A stretch of 64,000 nt of DNA from Pelagomonas calceolata (GCA_918797485.1 CAKKNE010000006.1:930001-994000); one strand, 5' to 3'; shown: positions 10,159 to 20,553, counted from the first letter of the stretch. The notes: generated from the letters alone by a model not told the origin. Made by a program: numbers and translations.

Positions 10159-10680
10159 TTAGTCGTCGTCGTTCATGGCGTCCGAATCGTCCTCGTCCCC
10201 GCCGTCGTCCGGGGTCTCGCCCGGCTCGTCCTGCCAGGACTGCTCGACGACCTCGCGCACGCGCCGGTCGTACTCGCGGCGGTGCTCCGAGTAGAGCCGC
10301 GACGCCTCGCTGTTCGCGGGCGACGCCGGGTTCGGGTCCGACAATAGCGACTGGATCGACGTGAGGATCGCGGAGATGTCGTAGATGGGGGACCACTGGT
10401 TCTGGAGGATGTCCAGGCAGATCTGGCCGTCGTTGTAGACGTTGGGGTGGAAGACGCGCGTCGCGAAGCGGACGGCGGGCGCCTTGTTCGGGTAGTCCTC
10501 GCTGAAGTTCATTTCCAACCTAAACGTGCCGCCCTCCCAGGGCGTGTCGTCGGGCCCGAAGATGACCGCTTGCCACACAAGTATATTTGCGTCGTCCGGC
10601 GCCGCGGTGACGCCCGCCGGCGGGTCCGCCTGGAGCCGCTTGAAGTCCCGCACTAAACGCCGTCGGGCAGAGGAGGACAT
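10159..10680 (-). CDS. UBC2: Ubiquitin-conjugating enzyme E2 (RAD6/UBC2)
   Basis: '[17 protein letters not shown]', '[25 protein letters not shown]', acidic tail. Confidence 0.97.
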   Translation of the reverse strand: MSSSARRRLVRDFKRLQADPPAGVTAAPDDANILVWQAVIFGPDDTPWEGGTFRLEMNFSEDYPNKAPAVRFATRVFHPNVYNDGQICLDILQNQWSPIYDISAILTSIQSLLSDPNPASPANSEASRLYSEHRREYDRRVREVVEQSWQDEPGETPDDGGDEDDSDAMNDDD

Positions 10681-10883
10681 GGGGTTTGTCAGGGGTGCCG
10701 CGCGCGGCAAGCGCTGCGGGAGGAGGTGCTGTGTATATTATGCCGCTCAACAGCTACTTTCTCGCGCCGTCTGCGATGCGGATTTCGCGAGCCACCAACG
10801 GAATAGAGGGAATCGTGCTGCTTAGCGCGTTTCACAGCGGTTCCCTTGCTGCGCGAGCGCTGTGAGCGCCGGCGGCCATGGCT

Positions 10884-10904
10884 CTAGTGTCTTACAGCCG
10901 CTAG
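10884..10904 (-). repeat. CTAG-bounded intergenic motif, copy 1
   Basis: Reverse complement reads CTAGCGGCTGTAAGACACTAG; compare 35919, 39437, 48877, 59742. Confidence 0.75.
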
Positions 10905-11011
10905 CTGCAGCTTGGGCGTGGCTCGCCACTTGGCTCGCGCTGGACTAATAGAGCCACTTGGAGCAGCCATCGGTGAATCTGAGCAGCATTGGTGAATCTG
11001 AGTAGAGTAGC

Positions 11012-11971
11012 ATGCACTCTCGCCTTGCTTTCCTCTTTGCTGGAGCCGCCTGCGCTCTCACACCCGTCCCGAACACCGCGCGACGACGGCGCGTGGTCTG
11101 TCGCGCGAGTGACTGGACGCAGAGCGAGGACTGGGCGCTCACGGACGGGGCCAAGCGGTTCACGAGGTCGTCGCGGACCGGCGACGAACGCCTCTTCTAC
11201 GAAGACCTCGCGGCCTCGCTGGGGCCCGCGGCCGGCGCGCGCCCGGCGACGGAGTTACGGGCGCGCCTCGAGGCGCTCGGGTGCACGGCGCCGCCGCCGC
11301 CGCGCGTCCTCGATGCCTGGCGCGAGGAGAGCGCCGGCGAGCGCTTCTCGGGCACGCTCGACGGCGACGTCACAGAGGTCGCGACGGCGAGAGTATCATT
11401 CCTCGGCGCTGAAGAGACCCGATACGTGGAGACGACCGGCGGGGAGATCATACGGCTCGGAACGCCCGCGGACGCGCCCGCCGCTCCTGTAGAGTCGTCA
11501 CTGCCGCCGCGGTTGTCGTTGACGGCGCCGACGCTTCCGCGCTGGGCGCCGCTCGCCGCGCTGCCGCTGGCGCTCCTGCTGCTCGCGGCCCGGTCCCTGG
11601 CGCCGCCGGAGGGGGCGGCGGGCACGTACCTGTACGAGTCCACGACGGTCGTCACGCAGCGGGCCTTCGACGACGAAGGTGACACGGTCGTCCGCGTGCA
11701 GAGGCGGCGCGCGACGCGCAGTAGCGAGGCACCGCAGACGCGCGTGCAGACCGATACGGTCGTCCGGCGGACGGCGCGGGGCGACGACGGCACGCTCGTC
11801 AAGACGACGACGCGGGATCGGGCCGTCAACCCGACCTTCGACGCGGAACCGCGGCCCGCGACGAGTGCCGAGATGTCGGCGCTCCTGCGACCAAAGGGCG
11901 CGCTGCCTCCGGCAACGGGAACGCCCTCGTCGGCGGCCACGCCCACGCCAGACGTCGACAACCCCCCGTGA
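11012..11971 (+). CDS. Hypothetical protein, probably plastid-targeted, one TM segment
   Basis: Signal peptide plus Arg-rich transit-like stretch; acidic, protein-like composition; hydrophobic segment 'WAPLAALPLALLLLAA'. Confidence 0.65.
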   Translation: MHSRLAFLFAGAACALTPVPNTARRRRVVCRASDWTQSEDWALTDGAKRFTRSSRTGDERLFYEDLAASLGPAAGARPATELRARLEALGCTAPPPPRVLDAWREESAGERFSGTLDGDVTEVATARVSFLGAEETRYVETTGGEIIRLGTPADAPAAPVESSLPPRLSLTAPTLPRWAPLAALPLALLLLAARSLAPPEGAAGTYLYESTTVVTQRAFDDEGDTVVRVQRRRATRSSEAPQTRVQTDTVVRRTARGDDGTLVKTTTRDRAVNPTFDAEPRPATSAEMSALLRPKGALPPATGTPSSAATPTPDVDNPP

Positions 11972-12129
11972 TTTATATGTTTTATACTGGTATACCTAGG
12001 TACCCATATTACAGCGGTGCGGCGCGGCAGCGTCTGCAGCGCAGCGTCGCAGCTGCGACGCCACGCGCCACAGGCAAGGGCAGCGCTAAAGCAGCGCTGA
12101 AGCAGGAGCGCTGGCCACGGCAGCCCGAA

Positions 12130-13419
12130 ATGGAGCGGCTGCTGTTGTTTCTCGCAGTGGCATGCTTGGCATGCTTGGTGTGTGGCGTGCCCGCGGCCGA
12201 GCTGGCGGAATGGATTGATGCGTTGAGCTCGCCCTCTGACCGGCGCGCGATGGCCGCCGACTACTGCGCCTCGCGCGCGGAGGCCGGCGAGTCGGAAGAA
12301 GCGTGCCGCCGGAGGATCGCGGCCGGGCTCGAGCGGGCCCGCGGCGCGCTCGCGGGCCCGCCCGCGCGGCCGCCGGCGATGGAGGTGGACGCCACCGGCC
12401 GCGTGCTGGCGACGGTGCAGCTGCTGGCGCTGGACCCCGCGACGCGCCGGCTTGCGCTGCCTCCTGGGAAGCGCCGGCTCTGGGTCGAGGTGGGCGCGAG
12501 CCGGCGGAACCTCGTCGCGGACCACGAGGCGCGCTGCCTGGCGGACGATGATGTTTTTATTGTCTCCTTCGAGCCGCTCCTCGCGGACTACTTCTTCGCT
12601 TCTATGAAACCCAACGGCGCGCGCGGGCCCCGCGCCTGGGACGACCCCGGCGGCCCGCTGGCGGCGCTGCGCGGCGACCCACGCCGCGGCGTCGTGCTCC
12701 CGTTCGCCGTGGCGGACAGCGACGGCCTCCTGGACTTCCGCGTGTCCGAGAACCAGGGCTGCTCCTCAATTCTGAAAGCCGCGCCCGGCATCCACGGCCA
12801 CGACCCCGCGCTGTACGCGGCGACGAGCGCCTGCGCCAACATGACAGAAATGCGCCGCGTCCCGGCGCTCTCTTTGTCTACACTCTTCGAGGAGCTCCTG
12901 CCCGCGGGCGCGCGCATCGACTTCCTCAAGGTCGACACGCAGGGCACCGCGCTGGACATCCTGCGGTCCGCCGGGGCCCACTCTTCAAAAGTCGACGCGG
13001 TCATGGTCGACGCGCTCGTCGACGGCGCGCGCCCGCTCTACGAGGGCCAGAACACGTGCGCCGAGACGGCGACGCTATTCGAGGCCTCCGGCTTCGCCGT
13101 CGCGCGCGACGCGGCGGGCGAGGCCGCCGTCTGCGCCCAGGCGACCGCCTTCCACCGCGCCTACGACCCGACCGCCGAGTTCGGCGCCGGCGCGCGGGAG
13201 CTCAACTTCTTCGCCGCGCGCGACCCGGAGCGACGGCGGCCCGCGTGCGCGCTCATGTTCCAGACCCTCGAGGTCGACGACTACCTCTCCGCGGGCCAGC
13301 CCGCCCAGCTCCCCGGCTGCGACCGACCGGGCGAGCGCTGCCACCACTGCGAGGACAATGGCGGGACCTGCCACATCTATTTCGACGAAAACACCTGCAC
13401 CTGCCGCTTCCATCTTTAG
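12130..13419 (+). CDS. Secreted FkbM-family methyltransferase
   Basis: Signal peptide from ATG 12130; 'WVEVGAS', 'VSFEP', 'VLPFAVAD', 'IDFLKVDTQG', 'PLYEGQ'; Cys-rich C-terminus. Confidence 0.8.
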   Translation: MERLLLFLAVACLACLVCGVPAAELAEWIDALSSPSDRRAMAADYCASRAEAGESEEACRRRIAAGLERARGALAGPPARPPAMEVDATGRVLATVQLLALDPATRRLALPPGKRRLWVEVGASRRNLVADHEARCLADDDVFIVSFEPLLADYFFASMKPNGARGPRAWDDPGGPLAALRGDPRRGVVLPFAVADSDGLLDFRVSENQGCSSILKAAPGIHGHDPALYAATSACANMTEMRRVPALSLSTLFEELLPAGARIDFLKVDTQGTALDILRSAGAHSSKVDAVMVDALVDGARPLYEGQNTCAETATLFEASGFAVARDAAGEAAVCAQATAFHRAYDPTAEFGAGARELNFFAARDPERRRPACALMFQTLEVDDYLSAGQPAQLPGCDRPGERCHHCEDNGGTCHIYFDENTCTCRFHL

Positions 13420-13705
13420 TTATTTGTTTTTTTATTATTCGGGTTCGGGTTTACACGGCGCGGTCTCGGGTTTTGCATTATTAGCCTCTCGGGTTTTGCC
13501 CCTTGGCCCTCTCCGATACACCCCTTGCGCTTTTGTGCCAGTATAAAACATACTAGATTTGCTACCTTTTGGCCGAGGCTGCCCGCACCTCATGCATGCT
13601 TGCGTCGTAGGTGACAAAGCGTGTGGTGTAACACATGCGTGCGCACCAATGACTCGTAAGGGGCAGCCCATGGCAGCGCTAAGCCAGACGTAAGGCCATA
13701 GACAG

Positions 13706-16700
13706 ATGCGGGTCCGGCTCCTCCTCCTCCTCGGCGTATGCAGTGACGGGAGCAGCTACGACGTCGACGTCGTGGCGAGGCTCCCCGGCGGCAACGACGA
13801 TGCGCGAGCACGCGCGTACCGCACGATTCACGCGACGGGCCTCCGCACGCATCCGCTGCACTGCCCGCTCGACGCGTCGCTCTTCACCAAAATGGTCGCC
13901 GACGACGACGCCGTCGTCGCCTGCTTCGCCGACGCGTTGGAGGCGACGATCGCCGACGAAAACAAAAACGCGTCGGGCTGGTCGTGGGCCTCGTTCGCGG
14001 CCGGCGCCGGCGGCGAACTGTTAGTACCGACGGACTTCGGAGGCATCCGAACCGGCGGCGTGGCGTGCTTCCACCAGGTGCGTGACGCCTGGGCCGCGGC
14101 CGGCTACTCCGCGACGATGGTCCTGCCGGACGCCTACTATCGGACGGCGCGGACGCCCGGCCGCCAGGCGTCGGGGCCGCTCGTCGGGTTCCGGGGCGCG
14201 CGCGACGTTCTCCTGGTCCCGGAGGGCTGGCACTGGACCGGCATCGGGGCGCTCCGCGAGCGGGCCGCGGCGCGCTTCTACTCGTTGACGCTGGCTGCGG
14301 CCGATGACCGCGGCCGCCCCGTCGCAAAGCACAAGGCGTTCGACGGCACACAAGGGGTCGCGGCGGGCTGGGCCGTCTCCCGCGACCTTCATAAACGCTA
14401 CGGACTGCTTGGCGCGCCCGAACTCTACGCGGCGCCGTGCCCCGTCGAGGACCGGTACTACCGGGCCGCGGCCGCGGCGAAAGCCGCCGTCGGCGCGGGA
14501 GCCTTGGCGGACGTAGTAGAGGCTCTGACAAACCGCAACGCCACGGCCGACCAGGTCGTCGCGGCCGCGTTGGCGAGGGTCAATCAAACGCGAACGGGGG
14601 CGCTCGTCCTCGTCGACACCGACGGGTATCGGGCGGGCGGGCAAGTACGCGCGGCTCTGACTGAGACGGTCGCGCGGCTGCGACGGCGGGGCTACGCCGT
14701 GCTGAAGCTAAAGGGCTTTGCCCCCCGGGACCTCCCGACGCTCTACGCGGCGGCCGCCGCCGTCGTCGACTTCCACGTGCCGGGCCCAGAGCGCGTGGTC
14801 ATGGAGGCGGCGCTGTTCAACTGCTGGCCGGTGCTCGTGGACGAAGGCTATGGTGGTTCGGCGCTGGACTTCCCCATCCCGGAACGTTTCCGTTTGCGAC
14901 GCGCCGACGCGTCCGCGGCGGAAGCCGCCGTGGTCGAGCTTGTGGAGGGCCGCGGGAACGCTACCTTGGAGGCCGAGTTCGCGCCGTGGCGGCGGCACGT
15001 CGAGGCGCTGCCGGAGCGTTTCGACGCCGCCGTCGAGGCTTTTGCGTTCGCGTCGCATCTCCAGGTCCACGTCGAGGCCTGCGGCGCCGCCGCGAGGCCA
15101 TTCGCGGCGATCGCGTCCGCGCTGCGCGCGTTTCCGCTGGCTTCGATCGAGGTTCACGCGGGCGACGCTCCGCGGTTCCTGCGCACGAATTATGAAGGCG
15201 TCGAGGCGCTCGCGGCGCTCGGGCTGACCGACGCCGAGACGGGCGGCAGTGCGTACCACGCCGTGCGCTTCCGCGACGGGTGCGCCGCCCCTGGGTTGAA
15301 TGATCTCGCGAGCGTGAGCCACGGCGTCGCGTGGCTGGTGCTGCCGCCGGGCGTTCTGGTCGCTGAGACCGCCGCGCCGACGGCGCGCGCCGCGCTGGAG
15401 GCCATGTTCGACGCGCACTGCCGCGCGGCGGCGCTCGACGCGCGCGCGGCGCTTTACCTCAACGAGACCGCGCTCACGGGCCGACCTGCCACCCGAGCGC
15501 GCTGCGTCGGCGGTCCCGTTCCCGGTGTAGCGGTCGCCTTCGCCGCCGACCTCCTTCGGAACCTGCCGCGCTGGGCGGCCGACGCCCCGCCGCCGGCCGT
15601 CGCCGTCGCCGTGGAGCCAACCAATGACGTCGTGGCGGAGATTTTTGTCGACGGCGAGGCCCGCGTCCACCGTTTCGCGCCGGCCAAGGATTTTGATACG
15701 TTAATCGCCAACGGCCGCGACCTCCTTGTCGCCAATAATCTGTCGTCAAACGCCGCTGGCCTCGCGGGTATCGTGGCGCGCCTCGCCGAGCTCCAGGGGC
15801 TACCGTCGGTGGAGCGATGCGTTCGAGACGACCTCGTTCCGCCGTTCGCCGCGCGGGCGTTCGAGCGCCGCCGCCGCGAGGAGCTGGGCCGCTGGGCTAA
15901 CAACCAAGGTCTCGACCTCGGGTTCGTCGACGCGGCGCTGCGGCGGTGGCGGCCTCAACCGATACGGTTTCGCGAGGACGGCGCGCGGCTCACGGCCCTC
16001 GACTGGGACTGGCAGGGGTACGCCGTCTGCCTCACGCACGGCGCGCAGGACGCTGAGACGAGTGCGCAGCTTGTAGAGAAGTGGAACCGGACGGTGATTG
16101 CCGGGAAGACGCGCGTTCTGGACCTGCTGGCGCTCCTCCACTTCACGACCGACCGGTCCGACGCCGTGCTGGGCTACACGTCGCAGCTCGTCCACGCGCT
16201 GCAGGTCTACGCCGCTGTTTCCAACGCCACGGATATCATCTTTGACGAGCGCGACGCGCAATACAGGCGCGACATGCGGCTTGCGGCCCTTATCCACGAC
16301 CTCGGCAAGCTGCTGAGTCTGTTTGGGGAAGCAGATGCGCACGTCGACTGCACCAATCGGGCCCTGGCGGTCGATCCGGGCGGGGGTCTCGACGCGATCC
16401 GGGCGCAGTTCAACCACGACGAGTACGGCTACCTCAAGCTCCGCGGCCTCGGCCTGCCGCGCCGCGTCGAGCTGGTGATCCGGTTCCACTCGCTTTTTGA
16501 TCTGCGCAACACGACGGTACCCGACGATCACGCCATGCCTTGGCTTCAGCCAGCGACGAACCTCTACGACATGGACCTAAACCCCGCCGACGAACGCGCC
16601 CGCGCCTTCATCCTCCACTTCTCGCACTACGACCAGAAGGCGAAGCGCGCCACGGACTACATTCCCGACGTCGATTTGGTAGAGATCGAGGCGCTCCTCG

Positions 16701-16738
16701 CCGAGGCATTTCCGCCCGACGGGCGGATTCCGTTCTAG
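13706..16738 (+). CDS. Secreted GT-B-like glycosyltransferase fused to a myo-inositol oxygenase (MIOX)-like HD domain
   Basis: Signal peptide; 'GGVACFHQ' and 'VVDFHVPGPERVVMEAALFN' (family shared with 17980 and 26216); C-terminal 'DRSD..LVHALQ..ALIHDLGKLL..GLDAI..NHDEYGY..IRFHSL..YDQKAK' follows the MIOX motif order. Confidence 0.75.
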   Translation: MRVRLLLLLGVCSDGSSYDVDVVARLPGGNDDARARAYRTIHATGLRTHPLHCPLDASLFTKMVADDDAVVACFADALEATIADENKNASGWSWASFAAGAGGELLVPTDFGGIRTGGVACFHQVRDAWAAAGYSATMVLPDAYYRTARTPGRQASGPLVGFRGARDVLLVPEGWHWTGIGALRERAAARFYSLTLAAADDRGRPVAKHKAFDGTQGVAAGWAVSRDLHKRYGLLGAPELYAAPCPVEDRYYRAAAAAKAAVGAGALADVVEALTNRNATADQVVAAALARVNQTRTGALVLVDTDGYRAGGQVRAALTETVARLRRRGYAVLKLKGFAPRDLPTLYAAAAAVVDFHVPGPERVVMEAALFNCWPVLVDEGYGGSALDFPIPERFRLRRADASAAEAAVVELVEGRGNATLEAEFAPWRRHVEALPERFDAAVEAFAFASHLQVHVEACGAAARPFAAIASALRAFPLASIEVHAGDAPRFLRTNYEGVEALAALGLTDAETGGSAYHAVRFRDGCAAPGLNDLASVSHGVAWLVLPPGVLVAETAAPTARAALEAMFDAHCRAAALDARAALYLNETALTGRPATRARCVGGPVPGVAVAFAADLLRNLPRWAADAPPPAVAVAVEPTNDVVAEIFVDGEARVHRFAPAKDFDTLIANGRDLLVANNLSSNAAGLAGIVARLAELQGLPSVERCVRDDLVPPFAARAFERRRREELGRWANNQGLDLGFVDAALRRWRPQPIRFREDGARLTALDWDWQGYAVCLTHGAQDAETSAQLVEKWNRTVIAGKTRVLDLLALLHFTTDRSDAVLGYTSQLVHALQVYAAVSNATDIIFDERDAQYRRDMRLAALIHDLGKLLSLFGEADAHVDCTNRALAVDPGGGLDAIRAQFNHDEYGYLKLRGLGLPRRVELVIRFHSLFDLRNTTVPDDHAMPWLQPATNLYDMDLNPADERARAFILHFSHYDQKAKRATDYIPDVDLVEIEALLAEAFPPDGRIPF

Positions 16739-16770
16739 CCTCTAGATAGAAGATGTAACTTAAAAACAAC

Positions 16771-17679
16771 TCAGGGCGCAGACGCCGATGTCCGCCGCCG
16801 CCCGTAGGCGACAAAAGTCGCTGCGGCGGCCGCGCAGACGGCGAGGCCGAGGCACGTCGCCGCGTCGAGGGCTTGCGCGTCGCGGTCGACGAGGAGAGCC
16901 GCCGCCGCCAGCGCGACACCCGCCTTCACCGGGCTAAGAATTGCGTACAGCACGGGCCCACCCGCGGCGACGCTCACGCTCGCCGTCGTCCACCGCAGCG
17001 CGGCGGCCAGGCCGCAGCTCAGCGCGAGAAGACCGGGCCGGGGCGGGCCGCCGGCGCTCGCGGGCCAGCGAAGCGCGACAGTCGCCGCGACAACGACCTC
17101 GACAGCGCCCGCGCCCAGCCACGCGCCGTCGTCCGGACCGACGCCGTGGCGATGCCGGAGCGCGTTATGACAAACTTGGTACGTAGGCTGGAAGCACGCC
17201 GCAGCCGCGAACGGCGCGCAGCGCAGGGCCTTCGCCGCGTCGCCGCGCCCCGTTCCTATAGTCAATCCGAGCGCGCTGACGGCGCAGCTCCACCACCCCG
17301 TCACCGTCAGCGCACCCGCGTCGAGGAGCGCGGCCTGGACGACCGCGGACCAGAGGGGCGCGGCCAGCTTGTAGAGCTGGAAGTCGGCCATCGTCGCGCC
17401 ACCCGCAACGCCGCGGTTCCACAGGAACACCTGCACCACGCCCGCGACGGCCTGGACGAGGAGCAGGCCCCAGGCGCCGTTTGTGATAGGCCGTTTGCGT
17501 TTCGGTCGCCGGCGGATGCGCTGCCCGATGCCACGGCACGCCAGCGCCGTGGCAGCGTGCGCGACCGTCAGGCGCCCCGCGTCGACCGCGCCGCAGCGCA
17601 CGAGCGCATTATTCACGAGCGTCAGCGAGACGGAGCAGACCACGGAGGCGACGCAGACGACCCAGGTTGGAAGCACCAT
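16771..17679 (-). CDS. Nucleotide-sugar transporter (TPT/SLC35-like)
   Basis: Many hydrophobic helices; 'VCSVSLTLVNNAL', 'FQLYKLAAP', 'GPVLYAILSPVK' typical of TPT-family nucleotide-sugar transporters. Confidence 0.7.
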   Translation of the reverse strand: MVLPTWVVCVASVVCSVSLTLVNNALVRCGAVDAGRLTVAHAATALACRGIGQRIRRRPKRKRPITNGAWGLLLVQAVAGVVQVFLWNRGVAGGATMADFQLYKLAAPLWSAVVQAALLDAGALTVTGWWSCAVSALGLTIGTGRGDAAKALRCAPFAAAACFQPTYQVCHNALRHRHGVGPDDGAWLGAGAVEVVVAATVALRWPASAGGPPRPGLLALSCGLAAALRWTTASVSVAAGGPVLYAILSPVKAGVALAAAALLVDRDAQALDAATCLGLAVCAAAAATFVAYGRRRTSASAP

Positions 17680-17860
17680 CGCATTTTGCTCGGTTCGTGA
17701 GGCTGCCCGAAGATGCACCCTAATATCTCCGATTTTCTCACGATCCATGCTACGGTCCCGCCAGTCCTGCGTCACCCCCAAGACTCGCTGCTAGAGCGTT
17801 TATATCAGGCTTGAAAAATCGACCTGCTGTCAGGGCTAATTCAGTACCTTTGCAAGCCAG

Positions 17861-17935
17861 GGGCAGCATGGACGGAGCACGACCCGTGCATCGCGCGGGG
17901 GCCGGTCACCGATGACGCGGACGTGGGCAGCATGG
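17861..17935 (+). repeat. 53-bp copy of 19501..19553 flanked by 11-bp direct repeats
   Basis: GGGCAGCATGG at 17861-17871 and 17925-17935; the insert has 1 mismatch to the coding sequence of the downstream gene. Confidence 0.9.
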
Positions 17936-17979
17936 GCATCACCATGGGCCAGCCTTAGCTAGTGCTACGTAGCATAAGA

Positions 17980-20328
17980 ATGCGGCGCTGGCGTGTATTT
18001 TGCCTGCTAGTGCTGCCCGCGCGCGCCCAGCTCGAGCTGTCCGGAGATCATGCGTCGCCGAGCGTTCGGAGATGGCCCACCGACGTGCGCTGCACCGCGG
18101 CGGACGCGACTCTAGAGGTGAGCCTCGACGACACGACGCGCCGCTACGGCCTCGACGACGCCGGCGCCGTCGAGGCAATCGCGAACGCGACGTGGGGACG
18201 CGCCCCGGCGTCGTACCTTACGCGCGCGCACGCGATACGCGTGGGCCTGGCGGCGCTCGCGGAGACGGATCGGCTCCCGGATCTGGTCGACGCGGTCGAG
18301 CGCGGCGGTTTCTTGCACTTCTTCCCGCGGCCTGCCGTCGGGGACGCGTTGCTGGCGCTCGGCGCGCAGCTCTGCGCGTCCACTGAGGGCGGGGTGCACT
18401 GCGACAACGGCATTGAGTTGCGGAAACTCCGCGAAGCTCCATCACAGGTCAACCTGTGGTTCGCGGCCGACCGGAGTCGCGTCAGCGAACGGTGCGCTGA
18501 CGCGCTCGAGAGCCTCCGCGCGACGTGCGCGGACTATGCCGAGTGCGGACGCACGTTTGCACCGACGCGCGCGCGCGCGGACGCCGCGCTGACCGCTATT
18601 CTACATGGTGGCACGGATCCAAACGGAGGCTGCTGGTACGTCGTCGAGCCGAACATGCGCCTGGGGGCCACGGGCGGCATGCGCGCGCTGCACCTCGTCG
18701 CACGTCAGTTGTTAGACCTAGGGCGGTGCGTGCGTGTCGTGACGCTGCGCGACGCATTCGCAGACGTCGTGGCGGAGGGCTCCGCCGACGTGGCGCGGGC
18801 CGTGAACCTGACGGCTGAGGAATTCGTCCAGTGGCACGTGCCCCTGCGGCCGGAGGATACGGTGATTGTCCCGGAGGTCTCGGCAGATTTCGCCGCGGGC
18901 ATCAAGTACCGGTTGATTGACGTGCGCACGCAGGTGCCGATTCCCGGGGCGGCGCAGATCGTTTCCGAGAGCGCGGACGTCGAAGAAACGGTGAGGGACT
19001 ACGAGGCGCGCGGCGGTATCGTCGCGCGCTACTGCATGGCCTTCCAACCGGGCCACGGGCACCGCCCCGAGCCCAGCGTCTCGGTCCACCTAGGCATCTC
19101 CGACTGGTTGCATAGGGCCTTCTCGGGCAGCGGGCCGTGGGCCGAGGTTTCCCTGCACCCGCGCGACCTCGCTGAAGCTGAGCTGTGGCGACGACGCCCC
19201 ATCAACGGGCGCATGGAGAAGAAGCGCCAGGGGCCGCCCCTCGTCGTCTACGACGACGACGTGCACTGGCTCGACGGCGACGAATTTACAGAAGCGCTCG
19301 GCCGGGCATGGGTCGCTTCCAACCGAAGCGGATCGCCGCCGGTCGCCGTTATGTACGACGGCTTCTCCGGCTCACAGAGATACGACCTAATGAAGAACGC
19401 GTCCGTATACGTGGACCTGAATATGCCGGGCCTCGAGGGCGGCATCTCGGAATTCCTCTTCTTCGACGGGGCGCCGCTGATCCCTGACGCGTTCCTTGGG
19501 ACGGAGCACGACCCGTGCATCGCGCGGGCGCCGGTCACCGATGACGCGGACGTGGTCGCAGGACACGTCATGAGGACGCTAGACACGCTCGCGTCGCCGG
19601 AGGGGGCAAAAGCTCTGGCGGTATGCGCGGACCGGAACTTCGCCAAGGCACGTGCTGTCTTTGGGGACTTCTCCGAGACGTGGCGCGCGTACGAGTTAAG
19701 TCGGCGGACGCGGTTCGTGTTCTTTGCGCGCGAGTTCCTCGACTGGCGCTACGCGGCGCCCTTCGTCGCCTCGGCGTTCGCGCGCCACGCGTTCTCCGAC
19801 GTCGTACTGCTGACGCCGCGCGAACTCGAAGGCAGAGCATTTCAGGCGCTACTGGGCGATACCATGGGGGTGGCAATGGCCAGGCTCGGCGTGCGTCGGC
19901 GAGTTCTTTTGGCGGACGTGCGGAACAAGACGGGCGACGCCGTGCTCGAGCACATTTTCCCGACGCTTTCGGCGGTGCGCGAGTTTACAGTTCTAGTCGT
20001 GGGGCGCGCGACCGCGCCTACGCTCGAAGCGCTTGACGCGGCGGCGGCGGGCCTCGAGCCGGGCGCCTGCGCCCCGGGCGACCGCTTCGTGCTCTGCCGC
20101 CGTGGACCGGGCCTCGACGCCGCGCGCGTGGCCTTGATGCTCGTCGCCACCCTGGAGCGACCGGCTCAGCTGGATGCGTGCGGCGATCTCCGGCGCCACG
20201 GTCTCTTTGCCCAGCTCGCGGCCGTGATGTACCCCAACGCCCTCAACGCGCTCGACGAGGCCTGCGGCGACGCCATCGAGGCTGGGAGGCTCCATAACTT
20301 CGGGCGCGCCTTTTACCACGCCGAGTAG
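17980..20328 (+). CDS. Secreted GT-B-like glycosyltransferase-family protein
   Basis: Signal peptide; 'TGGMRALHLV', 'DTVIVPEV', 'VYVDLNMPGLEGGISEFLFFD'; paralogous to 26216..28777 and 13706..16738. Confidence 0.7.
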   Translation: MRRWRVFCLLVLPARAQLELSGDHASPSVRRWPTDVRCTAADATLEVSLDDTTRRYGLDDAGAVEAIANATWGRAPASYLTRAHAIRVGLAALAETDRLPDLVDAVERGGFLHFFPRPAVGDALLALGAQLCASTEGGVHCDNGIELRKLREAPSQVNLWFAADRSRVSERCADALESLRATCADYAECGRTFAPTRARADAALTAILHGGTDPNGGCWYVVEPNMRLGATGGMRALHLVARQLLDLGRCVRVVTLRDAFADVVAEGSADVARAVNLTAEEFVQWHVPLRPEDTVIVPEVSADFAAGIKYRLIDVRTQVPIPGAAQIVSESADVEETVRDYEARGGIVARYCMAFQPGHGHRPEPSVSVHLGISDWLHRAFSGSGPWAEVSLHPRDLAEAELWRRRPINGRMEKKRQGPPLVVYDDDVHWLDGDEFTEALGRAWVASNRSGSPPVAVMYDGFSGSQRYDLMKNASVYVDLNMPGLEGGISEFLFFDGAPLIPDAFLGTEHDPCIARAPVTDDADVVAGHVMRTLDTLASPEGAKALAVCADRNFAKARAVFGDFSETWRAYELSRRTRFVFFAREFLDWRYAAPFVASAFARHAFSDVVLLTPRELEGRAFQALLGDTMGVAMARLGVRRRVLLADVRNKTGDAVLEHIFPTLSAVREFTVLVVGRATAPTLEALDAAAAGLEPGACAPGDRFVLCRRGPGLDAARVALMLVATLERPAQLDACGDLRRHGLFAQLAAVMYPNALNALDEACGDAIEAGRLHNFGRAFYHAE

Positions 20329-20388
20329 GGCCCACAGCCCACGGCGGAACTGGTCAGCAACCCAAGGATACGTCGCCATATCATAGCA

Positions 20389-20553
20389 GGTACCGTGGTA
20401 CCGTACCGTAGGTACCTACGGTAGAGAGAGAAACCTACTAGCCCCTTGCGTCCTGCGGCTTGTAATATGTGTACCCCTTACATAACACTGCGACATACTC
20501 TTGCTACCGCAGTATACGGTACCATGGTACCGTGGTACCGGTACCATGGTACG
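20389..20553. repeat. GGTACC-rich palindromic low-complexity tract
   Basis: Perfect palindromes TACCGTAGGTACCTACGGTA (20404-20423) and ACGGTACCATGGTACCGT (20516-20533). Confidence 0.8.

Noticed and set aside
11968..12129. Upstream GTG/TTG-initiated extensions of several ORFs (also 20501, 39522, 47448, 24171, 44746)
   Set aside because: Eukaryotic context; downstream ATGs open directly onto signal peptides or conserved domains, and the extensions have intergenic composition.
13441..13500. Telomere-like GGGTTT repeats
   Set aside because: Only scattered CGGGTTT copies, not a tandem telomeric array.
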